The notes: generated from the sequence alone by a model not told the origin. Positions 36,806-51,644 are shown, counted from the stretch's first letter. The stretch: DNA of 64,000 nt from Octopus bimaculoides (GCF_001194135.2 NC_068998.1:24533591-24597590), one strand, 5' to 3'. Translations and numbers: made by a program.

Positions 36806-36997
36806 GAAAAAATAAATGCCCAACCGTACTCATTCTTGTTGATTCCAATTTCTTTCAATTATCTAGTCACCACACGACAGATGCCCAACGGCAAACCTGG
36901 AAGTACGTAATATACTACTACTGGACAACACACGGTGAAATTTGAAGGTGGACGAGCTTTATACTGTACTCTACTACGTTCTTAACATAATATACCA

Positions 36998-37028
<31 letters not shown>

Positions 37029-37084
37029 GCGAGTAANNNNNNNNNNATATATATATATATATATGTATGTATATATATATATCT

Positions 37085-37305
37085 ACGTATGTGTGTGTGC
37101 ATGCGTGTGTTTGTCTCCCATCACCGCTCCGCTTGACAACCGGTGTTGGTGTGTTTACGTTCCCGCATCCTAGCAGTTCAGCAAAAGAGGCTGATAGAAT
37201 AAATACTAGGTTTAAAAAATAAGTCATGGGATCGAGTTGTTCAACTAAAACCGCACAAGGTGGTGCTCCAGCATGACCACAGTCAAATGACAAACAAGTA
37301 AAGGC
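37085..37305 (+). mobile_element. SINE family A, 3' half
   Basis: Family A tail motif. Confidence 0.8.
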
Positions 37306-40300
37306 ATATAATATATATATATATATATAAACGACAGTTTGGTAACATCTAGATTAGCTTTAATCAGAGCTGACCTGGTCGTAAATAATATTAGTGTTGC
37401 ATGTTATTACCTTTCTGGTTTCCAAATCATGGTATTGATTCATCTATATTGTTATTGTTGTTGTCATTTAGCCAGCCCCTGATTAATACTAATCAAGTAG
37501 GCATATGATCAAATTAGTTCTTGCCATGCCTATAGTGTTGGTCTTATTTTCAGATGTAGTTTATCTACTACTGTATTAATCAACGTGTCTTTAAATTATT
37601 TTAGCATGATAGCGGTTTGTTGGAATGAGATTTGGTTGCAGTTTCTAGCAGATCTAGCATGAATATTGTAGTGACGCCTAATACCAGTGGCCATTTTGGA
37701 GAGTTCGTCCAAGCATGCGCAGGGACATGTCTTCCAGAAGGCATGCAGGAAGTCCCTCATGCGCATGCGTGGTCATCCTATATCAAGCGTTCCCGCGTTT
37801 TCTCTACCTCTTAGCGCTGCACATTTGAGGATACCAAACGTCTACCACTGGGGCGTTCAATTACTTAGATTTATTCATATATGAAAATATTAAAAGCATT
37901 GTTTTGAATGCTAGACTTGAATGACTGATCTGATTTGCTTTGTTCTGGTAGAATTGGTGATGGGTTATGAAGCTCGTTTGGCAAGGTTTTAAGATACATG
38001 CAGGACATGTATGGACAGGTGCAGCGTTAGGTATAGCAATACCACTGGCTTTGCCGAATGAATGCTTCTCTTCAGGATAATTATTCTTTAATTTATATCA
38101 CAAATATATAAAATCCGAAGTACCTCACATATTGTTGATAGTGAGAGCTAAATATTTTGTGAAAGAATTATTACTTTATATGTCTGTCAAATGCTGTAAT
38201 GTTACGTATCTTGCTAAACTAAAAATATTTTACGTCGTATCAAAATTATGTCATAATCAACTTTTATATTTCTAACTATGCTTCGTTATGTCTATATTTC
38301 TCTATTTACATCTCTATCATTATTCTTAGTCAGCTTTATTTACCCCCGTTTCTATATAATTCACTACTTAATTTTTTATTTATGTTTGACCGTAACAGGA
38401 AAATCTTCTTCAAATCACACCTTATTTTCTTAATTAAAATAGGAAAGACATTGATTAGTGATTTACTAGTTGCATACTAAAAATTAAAAACAAAATAGTG
38501 TAGTTACAGCTTTAGCGTCTTTGATCGAAGTTCTGCTCGATTAACTTTCAGCTGGAGTAATTACCAACAATATACAATGATATACTGATACCCTTCACCG
38601 TTCTGTGAACACAAGTGTTCGGTATTCAATAAGATTACTTATTATTATGCTTATGAAGAATCCTAATTACTTATTATTGTCAAACAAAACGTAAGACCAG
38701 AACACATTTCTTGATCGGAAATAAAAGAGCAATGAAATCGAAGACTGTTATCGAATACGTGATGTTATGAACACGAAAGAATGAAAGACAAAATTGACAT
38801 CGGCTAGATTTGAACACTCAAGGCAAATGGCCGTAACTAAAAGCTCAACATATTCTATCCAAATCTCTGTTAATTCTGCAAATACATTGTCTATAATTAC
38901 TCTAATAATAATTTTATTAGTCAGAACAACAGGGTCGGAAACTGAATGTGTTTTTGTGTAAATTATGTACAAAGTTGAAAATAGATGACAAATGATAGAA
39001 GGTCAAAAAAGATACGTACTTGAGCTTAGAAAAGTCATACAATTTAGATTTAGTTTATATATATTTACTTGTGTAATATATATAAGAGGTTAGAGTAGGT
39101 TATTTTCAAACAGTAGTGGAAAAGCTAACAGTAAAAGGGAATAAGTAAATTTAGACGCAACAAGAAATTATCGAATTTAGAGTACATGATTTGAACTGCA
39201 ATTAATATAGGGAAGAGTGTATTTTGGGTGTTAACATACCTTTATAAGTTCATTAGATAAAAATAAACGAACTTAATGTTGAAGCAGTAAAATTTTTGGT
39301 TATGTCTTAAATACACATGAGACTTTTCTGAATAAATAGAGAAAATTGAATCGAAGTATATTATGAAGATATATATATATCTATAAAATCTATATGCATT
39401 TGGAAATGGAGAAAGTTTTGTTAGTCTAATAATATAAAGGGCAAAAAGAAGAAGAAATAACTAGCTGAAGAGAACTAAAATAGATATTGTGTTAATTGGA
39501 ATAGTTCGATTCGTTGGGGTGTGGTTTTGAAGATATCAGATGTAAGTAACTAATATAAAAAAAAAATTTAATATTAGTTTAAGGATTAAATAAGGTGTAA
39601 CGGCTGGATGATTAGGATGGTTGTGACGAAAGCCAGAATTATAGGATAATGACAAGAACCAAGCAGTGAGTTAATTAGAAGTATTTAAATCGGATTCAGA
39701 TATACAGTCAAAAGATCGATTATTACTAGAATATATAGTCCGTCAAATGGGCTGTCTAATGTATAATGAATAAAAGTAATATGCAAAAGTGGAAGGAAGC
39801 GATATGTGAGACAACAGGAAATAAATTTTGTTATAATAGAACGAAATATACTAAATATTTATGTAACGTATTGCTGATGTAGGAAAAAAGTTAATCAAGA
39901 TTAGAAGGTGGCTAGTTATATTTTGATACTTTGGTTTATGGCAAGTAACTATTTGACCAAAAACAGGTTATGTAAACCTAGGGATAAGAAAATTCTATTG
40001 TTGTGGGGGAAGTAAAGAAATAAAAATATGCATTTCTATAAATAAGACTGGTACAAGAGTGAGGCAATCTATGAAATGATATATTGGAGATAGAAAATTA
40101 TTAAGGAATATTCATAAGACCTCTAAGGGGAGTAATTAGAATTAGATTAATTTACCAGCAAGAATTATGTATGGATATAGGATCTAGTTTGATACTGAAG
40201 ATATGTTTTCAGGATTTTATATATTCATAAAGGAATCCTTTCAACTGATAAAAGACAAACTGGAGAACTACTGATGAGTTTTAACATTTAATTTTAGCAT

Positions 40301-43299
40301 GAAAAATCACAAATATTTGGTTGTCATACATTAGATTAATAAACTATAACTGAAAAGACAGTGGAATAATTGCCTGACATCTATAAGGGAAATTTCTTTC
40401 TAATATTAAAGAAATCTTCCGTTGAGATTGACTTTGCCTTTCGGGGTCGATAAAATAAGTACTAGTCGATGTAATTGACTTACTCCCTCTTTCAATCTTG
40501 TTGGTCTTGTACCAACATTTGAAGCTAATATTAAAGTCACACCTAACTTTATGGAAAGACACCAGAGAGATAACTGAGGTAATTAAATTAACTGCACACC
40601 AAGTTAACACTAAACATCCAGAATTTGGCATAAAAGAATACCTCTCGTTTTTCATGCTACCGATTAATCCCTTACTCTGTGATAGATTATATTTCTACGT
40701 CCGTGAAATTTGTCATTTTTATGTTTCGTAATACTAATGTCGGATTATATAGAGACGATGGTCTACCAGTTTTGAAATCGCAAGAAACATGCATATCTAA
40801 AGATACATAGATTCACTACCACCAAGAAAGACATCATTACTAAAATCAACTTTTTTTTAATGTTAATTTAGATTTGTTAGTTTCTTGAAAGAAACAAACT
40901 GGAATTTTGCAATATATACACAAATATTTTAATGTTATTAAATTTCGATTATCTTAACTCTGTTGATTAGGATTTTGTTACAGAAACTAAACCTTCAAAC
41001 TACATTAGATCATTAATGTCCACAGAATAGATTGCATGAAATAACTTTTTTTTTTCAGAATTTGCATTCATCTAGTTTTCAAAAGCTAAACTCAACCAAT
41101 GATATTAATCTTAATGTTTCAAAATTCTAACTCACCTTAGTTTGTATATCCTAGAATATAAGTGTTTTGTTCGGGATATAGTATATCAATGCAATACAGA
41201 AAATAATTATTCAAAATATACATTTAACTCCTTATCTTTTAATGTGATCTTTCGTAATCATACAGATTTAGAATCAGCATAAGAATTATTGAAAATTTGT
41301 TGTGTCGTCTCATAAGGAAACTGAAAACCTGTATTTAACTTAAAACGTAAAATGGGGCAACACAGATTGCAAATTATATTGCTTTTTATGTATATTTGTG
41401 GGGATAGTCAACCTACACAGCAGAAAATGTGAAAGGATGTTTCTTTTACTAAGAAAATCCTGGAAGCATATCCAAACCATAATGTTAGATCCTACAAACG
41501 TAAGTCATTCTTATTTACAAGTAAGACTTATCTAATTATATTTAAATCTTGCTCCATTCTCTTTCATTTACCGTATCCATATACTTCTCTTATTGCTATC
41601 AACATATATTTATGGCAAGCTCTTTATTTCTCCATCACAACAGAAATAACTAGCCAATCTCCAAGTTCACTTAACTTCCATCTTTCTTGCAACGTTATTC
41701 ATCAAAAGTGCAAAAAAAAAACCAAAAAAAAAAAAAAAAACAGCCGTTCGTTTCGAAAATAGAATTAACCTACTCTCTTCTAAACTTGATTATCTTTTAA
41801 CTGACTTCAGTTAGTTACATAAATAATTAGTATATTTCCTTCTATAATACAATTTATTTTTATTTGTGCCACGTATCTGTTTCTTCCAACTTTAACACAT
41901 TACTTTCGTGTACACTAGTTTAAGCTCCTTCCAATGATATTCAATTTCCCCAAGGAATATATCGGATTTTCGTTTAATACTTATACTTAATTACTTCTAA
42001 CTTACTACTTATTAATATTTTACACACCCTCTTTCTTCACAAGCAAGCTAATCACCCAACCACAATATTTTATATAATTCTTTAATGCTTTCTTTCCATT
42101 TGTTACTTCATTCTTATCTGTAAAACCACACCTCCAACATTTGAACTATTCCAATTAGTACTATATCCAGGTTACTTCGCTTTAGCTAGTTATTTGTTTT
42201 ACTTCTTATTATTCATGTTATCTCGCTAATTAGTCTTCTCCATTTCAGAATGCTATTTTTAAAGGGAAGTCCGGAAATAACGGTCTGAAGCGGAAAATTT
42301 TCAAACAAATCGGTGGCCGTCAAATTCATGTTGGCTTCTGCGCCTGAAGTAATTTTTCATAACGTTTTAAATATAATTAAATTTTTTTTTTAAAGTTTAG
42401 CGCGAAAGGCTTGAGTTAGTTTAGCTTTAGGGTTCGTGATTAGGTTTAGAGAGGGAAGTTAAGGGATGAGATGTTGACGGTCGGAATACTATATTTTGTG
42501 TTGAAATTTATGTTCATAGTTTTAGCAGCTATTTTGAAAACTTTATTATTCAGAATTATTTCAAAATTATAATAAAACATGATTTATATAGTGGTGTAGC
42601 GTGGTTATGATGAATGAATTGTCACTTTACATACATCTTTTATTGCTACGTTATTACAAGGCATTCATACAATACAAGCAGAGTCAATCCTATATGAACA
42701 TCGTGTTTTACAGGTGCCGGAGATCTTCAGCAGAAATTCGATAATTAGACTAATTTTTCCCATCGATGCATATTCATGTGGCCATGTTGATTCTTCATCA
42801 TGTGGCCATGTTGATTCTTCATCCATCTCCGGGTTAAGTACAGAGAAGTAAAAACAGCGATTAGGCGAATGATGCTGAGTTAAGTATGAAGTTATGAAAA
42901 TAGCTATTAGTGAGAAATTCACCCAAGATGGAACTCAACGGGGTCTGAATTCACTCTGCTTCTTTCGCGCTGATAATGCTATATTTAAGGTCTTCATTGA
43001 TAGGAAGTTCTAGTGATTATCAAGTGAACAAAAAAGTTCTCATTGGCTGAAATGGGGTCTGCACGCATGATAAACTCGTAACTCACATGTGGTCGAATAT
43101 GGGGTCGAAATCGACTGTTACCGGGGAAATATGCAGCAGACTCTATGTCAGTCATTATTCAGTTTTATTTCAAGATTTCTTGCCAATAGAAAAAGAGCCG
43201 GTTTCTAACCTAGACAGACCCAAGGCTCCTTCATTGGAATTTCAACAACATCAACAGGGTATGTATGTATGTCTGCAGATTTGTATGCTTTGTTTTATG

Positions 43300-43640
43300 T
43301 ATGTATTCTCATGCATATAGTTGCATATCTAGACATGCTCATATATACTTAAATGATTAATTGGAAAATTTTATAGATTTTTACTGTTTGGATCTCCGAA
43401 TCAAGCTTCCTACTGTCTGGTTTTGATAAGCCTAGTTTCTTGGTAGTGTGTTACATTGTCCCAGTGTCCCAATAATTACAGGTATAAACCTGGACTTATA
43501 ATCTGGATAGAGTAGTGGCAGATTACTCATTAGTTCAGTGTAGGTATTTACTTTTTCGCTGATCTTTGGTTTTATGTTAATATCCGCTGGGTAGCTGATT
43601 TTTACAGCTGTACACAGTTTCTCTTCTCTATCCAAAAGTA
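43300..43640 (-). mobile_element. R4/NeSL-like non-LTR retrotransposon 3' end (restriction-like endonuclease)
   Basis: DREEKLCTAVKISYPAD.NI..KISEK.NTY..L..LYPDYKSRFIPVIIGTLG resembles the PD-(D/E)xK RLE C-terminus. Confidence 0.75.
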
Positions 43641-45081
43641 TTATGTCAGATCTATTATGTTTACATATGTATGTATGTATGTATGTATGGCAGATGTATA
43701 GCTAGGTTTTAAAGTTATTAGGAGCGAGCGCATAAAAATTTTCTACGTTCATTAGTTTCATGTTTCAGTAACTATGTCATTATGTATGAAACTTATAACT
43801 ACTGATATAGGTGTGACGTGTAAAAGACGAAACTCCTTGGGATAGTCCAGTGTCGAGCGTTATGACGTTTGGATTTAGTTTGATTCTTCAGATGTCAGCG
43901 GCCACCAATCAATCACAGGACATTGAACAGAACATAGGAGGTTGATCAGATAAAGTAATGACTCCAAAAAGTACTTCCTAGGTCATGCGATTAAAAAAAA
44001 CAAGAGATTCAATCTTTATCCATCTAGTGAACTAAAGAGTTTTTAAAAAAATGTTGAAAAGGCGCCACTGATGTATGTATGTATTTCTTTTCAAATGTGT
44101 GTGTGTGTAATTCAATTATCTGAATAGAGAAAATTGAGCTATGTATATATTTATATAATTTAATTTTCTCCATTCAGAAAATTGATACGCTTAACTAATT
44201 TAGGACACAAGCACGTTTTGACTGTGATTTTACTATGATATATATATATTTCCTTCGCTTATTTTCATCAAAGAAACCCGTATAGGTCCATATATAGACT
44301 AACAACTTTCCTGTTCAAACCCGTATAGGTCCATATATAGACTAACAACTTTCCTGTTCTCATCTCTGTATTAAATGAAATCCACTTCATGTGTCCTACT
44401 TCACAAGTGTTATAAGGTTATGCCGATCTATCAAATGCTTGCCAGGCTTCATTCAGTTCTCTGCTTTTGCATCTACCAACACAATGACCAAATAAGGCTC
44501 ACCGTTTATCTAGCAAGTGACTCTATTGAACATTTTTCAAACCCAACAGTGCAACAGCCTGTTGCAGAGCTTTCAACTTTTGCATGATAGAAAACCAAGG
44601 CGAATTTATTACTTGTGAAGAAAGACCTACTTTCACAATAAACTTGTTGCAGAACCTGCTGCAAGGCCAAACTACTAAGTCAGTGAGAAAAGCTAAAATT
44701 CAATGACTGAATATTAGAAATATTCCCAACTTATTGTATTATTAACAAGAAGGTCATTCCAAAATCATAAAATTTAAAAGAAACTGATACAATAAAGGAA
44801 GTAAATCCAGAAATTATTCTATTTCTTACTACGTCACTAATGTGATTGCTGTTAATGTTTGCAGCTGTTGTTGTTCCATCCATTTCAACTAACACAACTC
44901 ATGGAAATATCATAAGAGTCACAATACATTTGACCATAAGTTTTTTTTCCGAAATAGATGTGCTATTGTTTAATAGCAAACCTAACGGCAACTATAATAG
45001 TAGATGTCTAATATTTCTCATTTATAAACTACGTTATTTAATCATCTAAGCTTATTATTATTATTATTATTGCTTAGCCGT

Positions 45082-45510
45082 AAAGGTGGTGAACTGGCAG
45101 AAGCGTTAGCATGTCGGGCAAAATGCTTAGCGGTATTTCGTCCATATTTTCGTTCTGGTATCGAATTCCGCCGAGATCGATTTTACTTTTCATCTTGTCG
45201 GAGTCAATCAAATAAATACCAGTTGAACACGGGGGGGGGGTGATGTAATCGACTGACCCCTCCCTCGAAATTACTAGCCTTGTGCCAAAATTTGAAATCA
45301 TTATTATTGTTTAACCCAAAAGAGGGTGCGTCGGACACAATGCTTAGCGGTAACATTTATGGCTCTTTGTGTTCTGAGCTAAAATTCCGCCGAAGTTGAC
45401 TTTGCTTTTCATCCTTTCAGAATCGATAAAGAAAGTACCAGTTAAACACTGAAGTCGATGTAATCGACTTACCCGCCTCTACTAAAATTACTGGTTTTCT
45501 GCCAAAATCT
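45082..45510 (+). mobile_element. Two tandem SINE family C copies. Others lie at 40420-40520, 46175-46325 and 62975-63105.
   Basis: Family C motif, twice. Confidence 0.85.
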
Positions 45511-46654
45511 GTAAGCACCAATTAAAAACACCTGTGATCAACGACGTTCTAATCATGACAGTCAAATACTTTTTTTTTTTTTTTGACAAGATAGCTGTTT
45601 TGTTGTCGAATTGGGGCATTTCACTGATCATAAATCCTTAATGTTTTATTCTCCTTGTTGTTTATAGATCATAATTTGATGTAATGTTATTGACGAAGTT
45701 TATACTGAAAGACGGTTTTACTCAACACATCTTTGATTTCTTTTAGTTGCTGTTTCTAGAAGATTGGGCAATCATGTCGGACATCTTTTTTGAATTATAT
45801 TCAATTAACATTGCTACAAATGAATAAAATATCCAAATTCGAAAATGTTGTTGGCAGTGATAGGCAAATATTTTGTGAAGTAATATTGATATTACAACAA
45901 GCTACTAATTATAATGTTACGCGTTTTCTGGATTGAATTTTGTAACTGTTACGTCATAATAACATTGTTACGCCGCTGACGCAGGCATGGTCATGTTAAT
46001 AAAATTTGCTTAATAATCGTGTGGTCTCCTGTTGGAGTCAATTATGTATCATCTTGGGCAAGTGATCTTACCATACATCATGGATAGAGTCAATTGTTAT
46101 AAGTAAAATTGCGTTGACAGAAACGAGACTGAAGTCCGTCAGATGGCTGTATATATAATATGGAATACTTAATGCTCTGTCCTGAGTTCAAGTGTCACCG
46201 AGGTTGACTTTTCTTTTCAACATTTCGGGGGCGATGAAATAAGTACCAGTTGAACACTAGGGTCACGATGTAATCGAGTTACCTTTCCCCCAAAATTGCT
46301 GACATTGTACCAACATTTGAGACCAATATTAACATACATATTGCTATTTTGTACCAACTTAACTCTATACTTATTGTGCAAAAGGTACACCTTTGGTAAT
46401 TTCGCCCTATCATCGCTTTGGATTATCATCATGCCTGTCACATAACCACCCAACGAGGGTATCTCTGCGATGCTGTTGACTTGTTAGAATTAACAGCTAA
46501 ATCTTCTTTTTACCTTCATTAAAGACTTCTTTTAAAGAACCCAAAATGGTCACGGCTGTAATGCCTTTTACCATAGGTCTGTTCAATCAAAGCTGAATTG
46601 GTTTAAAACAACAACGATATCAGAACATGTTAAAATATTTCTTATGTCTAAAAC

Positions 46655-46974
46655 AGTGGTTATCAACCGAGGTCTAATATAAGATTTGTGGTCCACACAA
46701 GCAAAGTAGTACATTGGGTCCACTGTAGTATTTTATGGGTTCGTGAAAATATTTTGCTTTACATGTATTAATTGTAAGAAGCAGCTAGGTTTCTTCCTCT
46801 GATGTTTTACATGGTTCAGCCTACACAAGGGAATCTGTGATAAACAAAATAGGAACTTCGAAAGAAATCGATTAAAAACTACTTTCTAATCATTGAATGG
46901 CTATGGGTGGGTCCATCAGAATAAAATAGTAATGAAAGGGGTCCATAGAATTAAAAATGGCTGAGAACCACTAG
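46655..46974. mobile_element. hAT-type MITE
   Basis: Termini CAGTGGTTATCAACC ... GGCTGAGAACCACTA. Confidence 0.65.
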
Positions 46975-47378
46975 TTTTAAATACATTCAGTAAAATAAGC
47001 AGACCATCACCGAAAAAGATCCAGTCAAGCCAATCTCATCTTCATTTTACCACATAGTTATTCATGTATTACTCACATAATCCAGAATGTCCCTTCCAAT
47101 AATTGAAATGTATGATTTGAGTGAGTTTTTAGCTGTTACTTCTAGCTACCTGAACTTTCACGAAGTGATTCCATCGCTGAATCGTTCAATTAATTATATT
47201 ACGAAAGTATGAAATCTAGATCCTCATGAATACTATTGACAGTGATAGCTAGATAGCCAAAGATTTTATGAATTAATGTTGATTTTAAAGTAGTCTGTCA
47301 CTTCCTATAATGTTGTGAACTTTGTTGCCATAGTTATATATCTGTTATGTCATAATAAGATCTTATCTCTCTACGTAG

Positions 47379-47413
<35 letters not shown>

Positions 47414-47769
47414 TCTTCGCTTGCTCGCTCTTTCTATTTACATATCTGCCTCTATTATATTTACTCCTTTATCTGTTTACTTATTTACCTTGTTCTTCCC
47501 GTCTTTTTCACTACACCTCTTTCTTTACACATCAAATAAGCCTTCGTCATCACTCAAACATTTTGAAATAGTAGCCATAACACCCTCTAGCCAGATGCTA
47601 TCGTTTTAAAACAGGAAGAACAATACATTAGATTGCATTGAAGCTGCTTTCGCTGTTTCCCATGACTCTCAGTCGCCATCCAATTCCATTATTATGAACT
47701 TGAACTAAGAGATTGAGTCATAATGAATTTTTCATTAGCTGATTGCACAACCATGGACGCCACCCCTAA

Positions 47770-47936
47770 GCAGGGCCAGCTCAAGGTACCGGCAACTCGG
47801 GTAGTCGCTCGGGGCGCCATATGTTAGGGGGCAACAAGGAGGGCGTGACAAAGACAAGGTAAGTTCCACGACCGTCAGCTTGTACACACCGAATTTCAGC
47901 TTGCCCGAGGTACCAGCAACACTAGAGTCAGCCCTG
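47770..47936. mobile_element. hAT-type MITE with 8-bp TSD
   Basis: CAGGGCCAGCTC ... GAGTCAGCCCTG flanked by CCCCTAAG / CCCCTCAG. Confidence 0.7.
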
Positions 47937-48069
47937 CCCCTCAGGATGCGCTGCAGTTACTTTCTTGATAGAGTTTGGTGATACTGACCGTTGATCTTCT
48001 AGGATTCCTCCGCTCAGAATCAATGTAAGAAGCACCATTGACTCATTTGAGCTCTTTTACTACCTCTTC

Positions 48070-48456
48070 GTGGAGGTGCAATGGCCCAGTAGTTAGGGCA
48101 GCGGACTCGCGGTCATAGGATCGCAGTTTCGATTCCCAGAACGGGCGTTGTGAGTGTTTATTGAGCGCAAACACCTAAAGCTCCACTAGGCTCCGGCAGG
48201 GGATGGTGACGACCCTGCTGTGCTCTTTCACCACAGCTTTCTCTCACTCTTACTTCCTGTTTCTGTTGTGCCTGTAATTCAAAGGGTCAGCCTTGTCACA
48301 CTGTGTCACGCTGAATATCCCCGAGAACTACATTAAGGGTACACCTGTCTGTGGGGTGCTCAGCCACTTGCACGTTAATTTCACGAGCAGGCTGTTCCAT
48401 TGATCGGATCAACTGGAACCCTCGACGTCGTTAGCGACGGAGTGCCAACAACAACA
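48070..48456 (+). mobile_element. tRNA-derived SINE family B, full length with 11-bp TSD
   Basis: Same family as 3164-3530. TSD ACTACCTCTTC at 48059-48069 and 48457-48467. Confidence 0.9.
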
Positions 48457-49007
48457 ACTACCTCTTCACAATCCGCCATGCTGCAGTCGCATAGTTACGG
48501 GTTGTCCTTTGGCGAGGCATAGCAACCGTTCAGACACTGTGCCAGGACATTAGATAAGCTAATTGAAGATGTGCCGTTTGAGGAAAATGATGAGATGGTC
48601 GTGGTTAAAGCGGTTTTGATGTTAAGTTTGCTCCACCAATGTTCGGTCCAGTCTAATCATCAGCAACAACGCCCAACGATGGCGTCCAATGTTTTAGTGT
48701 TTAATAATATTTTCAATTATTGCTGTATCTAAGAACAATCCATCCAATTAGTCAATTATTAAACAGACGCACGGATTGGTATTATCATTCGCTTCTGTAT
48801 TCTACCATTATCTGGTGTAGTGTAAGAAACTATTTTTGTCACACTCCGCTGCTCTGTTCACCGATCTCTGTTATATCGACGAAGTTTCCAATTGATAATT
48901 TATTAAAGACACTATTTATTTACGTAGTCATTCATTTATTTTCTGTTGTTGTTGCTATTACCATCATCATCATTATCATCATCCTCATCACCAGTAGCAG
49001 CAGCGGC

Positions 49008-49038
<31 letters not shown>

Positions 49039-49525
49039 GTAGTAGTATCATCATCAAACAATGTACAAATTAAAATGTGTAGACACGATGTGGGAGTAGG
49101 AATGGCGGAAGTATATTTATAAGTTTACTGAGAATAGCCTGCTTTCTCCTAAATAATATTTACATTTACACTCTTCTTCAGGTGACCTCACTCAATCACA
49201 CTCAATCACGCAACTAGGGGCAATAATGAGACAAGCTTTGATAGTATACATTTGTATGTATGTGGTGTGTGTGTGTGTGTGTGTGCATACACACATACAT
49301 GCACACATATACACATATCTACATGGCGATAAATACAAACAAGCAATAAATACAAGCACATATATTCCGTCTGAATGATATAGACATGCCGCACACGTAC
49401 ATACACACATGCACATAGACGTATATGTGTATGCATTCACACACTAATATATATGCGTGTATATATATATATATAGATAGATAGATCGATAGATATGTAG
49501 AGATATTTGTAAATATATCTATATG

Positions 49526-49604
<79 letters not shown>

Positions 49605-50899
49605 GCATATATAGGTACAGGACATTACCAACAGTAAACAACATGAAATACGAAAACAAATGAGTCCTATACGCAAGCAACGAGAGAAAAAAATGGAAAA
49701 TTAGACAAGTAACATAAAGAACGACCCTTCATCAATTATCGGCTCTCTATCTACTCATCATTTCGAGCATTGAACGGCAGTATGAGTCTTCGAAGACAGT
49801 TGCTCCCATAAGTACCAAAATAGAATTTGGGATTTATGGTGGGTCAAAGTTGGGAACAAAAACAGCGGAGACATACAAAGAAACCGAACGAAAACAAACA
49901 TATATATATACACATATATATTGAGTTGGAACAATAGGTCATTCCACCTTTTAAGTAAAATTCAAAAAGTATTTAGATATTTGGACATAATTTTAATAAA
50001 CCAGACATCCTGTTTGGTTGCACAATCATTCGGCATCTTTGAGGCTGCCTCATGCTTCCATCTGCCAACATCTTGGCATCTTTTAGGGTTACCAACTGGT
50101 CTAAGTGGATTTTACTGGTTTGAAAAATTTCAAGTTTTCCCGCTAAAAGAATTTCTCGGGTCGAAATAAATGATAATCCAAAGGTGAGTACGGTGGGTGT
50201 GATAGGACATCCTAACCAACCCGTACCAATTTCTACCGGATCTATGAGAAAATGAGAGGTTTAGTGTTGTACTGAAGGAAGACAACACCATTCAGATTGG
50301 CGGTTTCTGGAGGATTTCCAGCAGTTGCCTCCTTCAATCAAATTGGAAACAATACTTGGATTTTTTCTGTTTGGCCCTTATTTTTCATTTCCCTCAGTTT
50401 TGTTCCAGTTGATTTCAAATTTGGTGTATTGATGTAGTTTCTGTGCTAATTATTCCTTTTCGCCATGAATTAATAAATAAAATGTTAATAGCTTTTAAAG
50501 TTTGCAAATTTTGGATAATTTTAGCTAACCGAAAGTCACAGACTTATTGGTGCCAGTTTCTGTAATAACAAGCCAAAGTATAGCCTGCTTTAGCCAATCG
50601 AAAGCCACAGACAAATTGGTGCTTGTTTCCATAGTAACAAACCAAGGTATATTCTGCTTTCCAACCGTTTATACTTTACCCGGGATGGGGATTCTTGCAA
50701 GAGAAGGGTAGTATCCCCGAAAGGAAACTATGTACACAAAAACATTATATGAACAAAAAGATACTTCGCGGGAATATTTATTAGTGGTGCTCCCGAAAAT
50801 AATGCAAATAATGCACCCTTCCTTCTTCTTAGGACTGTACCGCTTTTCATTTATTCACTGTCAAAGAATTGACTTCAGTCCTGTTTTGTGTTGAGGAAC

Positions 50900-51300
50900 T
50901 AGGGATTAGCCACTGCTCCGCAACCCAGTTCAAATTGGAGGTCCTTGGAAGATTGTTGAGACAGACGTAAATACAACCGAGAAAGGCGCCTGAGCAGTAA
51001 GTTTTCGGAGGAGTGTGTCGCGAGCCCAAACATGCTTTTCTTAATGTCATTTCAGAATCGCGATACACTGGAGGAATACATACGTCAGTCAATTCTTCCA
51101 GGCACACAATTTTCAGTAACTTGTGGAGGGCCTACTCCCACATTTCGGAATTTGATGGTTATAATTTTCGCCATAGAACACTGAGTCACAGCGTTGAGTT
51201 TACTAACTCAAAAAATGGTACCACACTCAATAAGTGGAAAGCACACGGGCCTCTGTCAAACTAACTAATAAACAATGCTGTGACACACACCGTTCCATAG
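50900..51300 (+). mobile_element. Merlin (IS1595/ISXO2-like) transposase remnant
   Basis: GPWKIVE..., VFGGVCRE, RDTLEEYIRQSILPGT, LWRAYSHI...HRTLSHSVEF across frameshifts. Confidence 0.85.
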
Positions 51301-51644
51301 TTGACTCGTATCTCTACGAGTTTATGTGACGTAGTAGATGCGAAAATTGTAATTTGCTTCACAAACTCTTTGAAGGCTTCGCAAACTTTCGCTTTATATT
51401 TTCGTTACAAAATATGCATTGTTTACATGAATTGAACTACAGTTATTTTTTCTTTTGTAATTAATTAAACGATGTTGTTTTTTCGTAATTTAACGTTCAT
51501 TTTGTTTGGTCATTTTTTGCTAAAACAAATTCATTCAGGAATTTTACTCTTTATATTGTTTACCATGCCTCAAAAAAATTTTTAATGGCGGATTTTTCTT
51601 TTTCTATTTTTTACATGTCTGTTCCAACATTTCACATGGCATTT

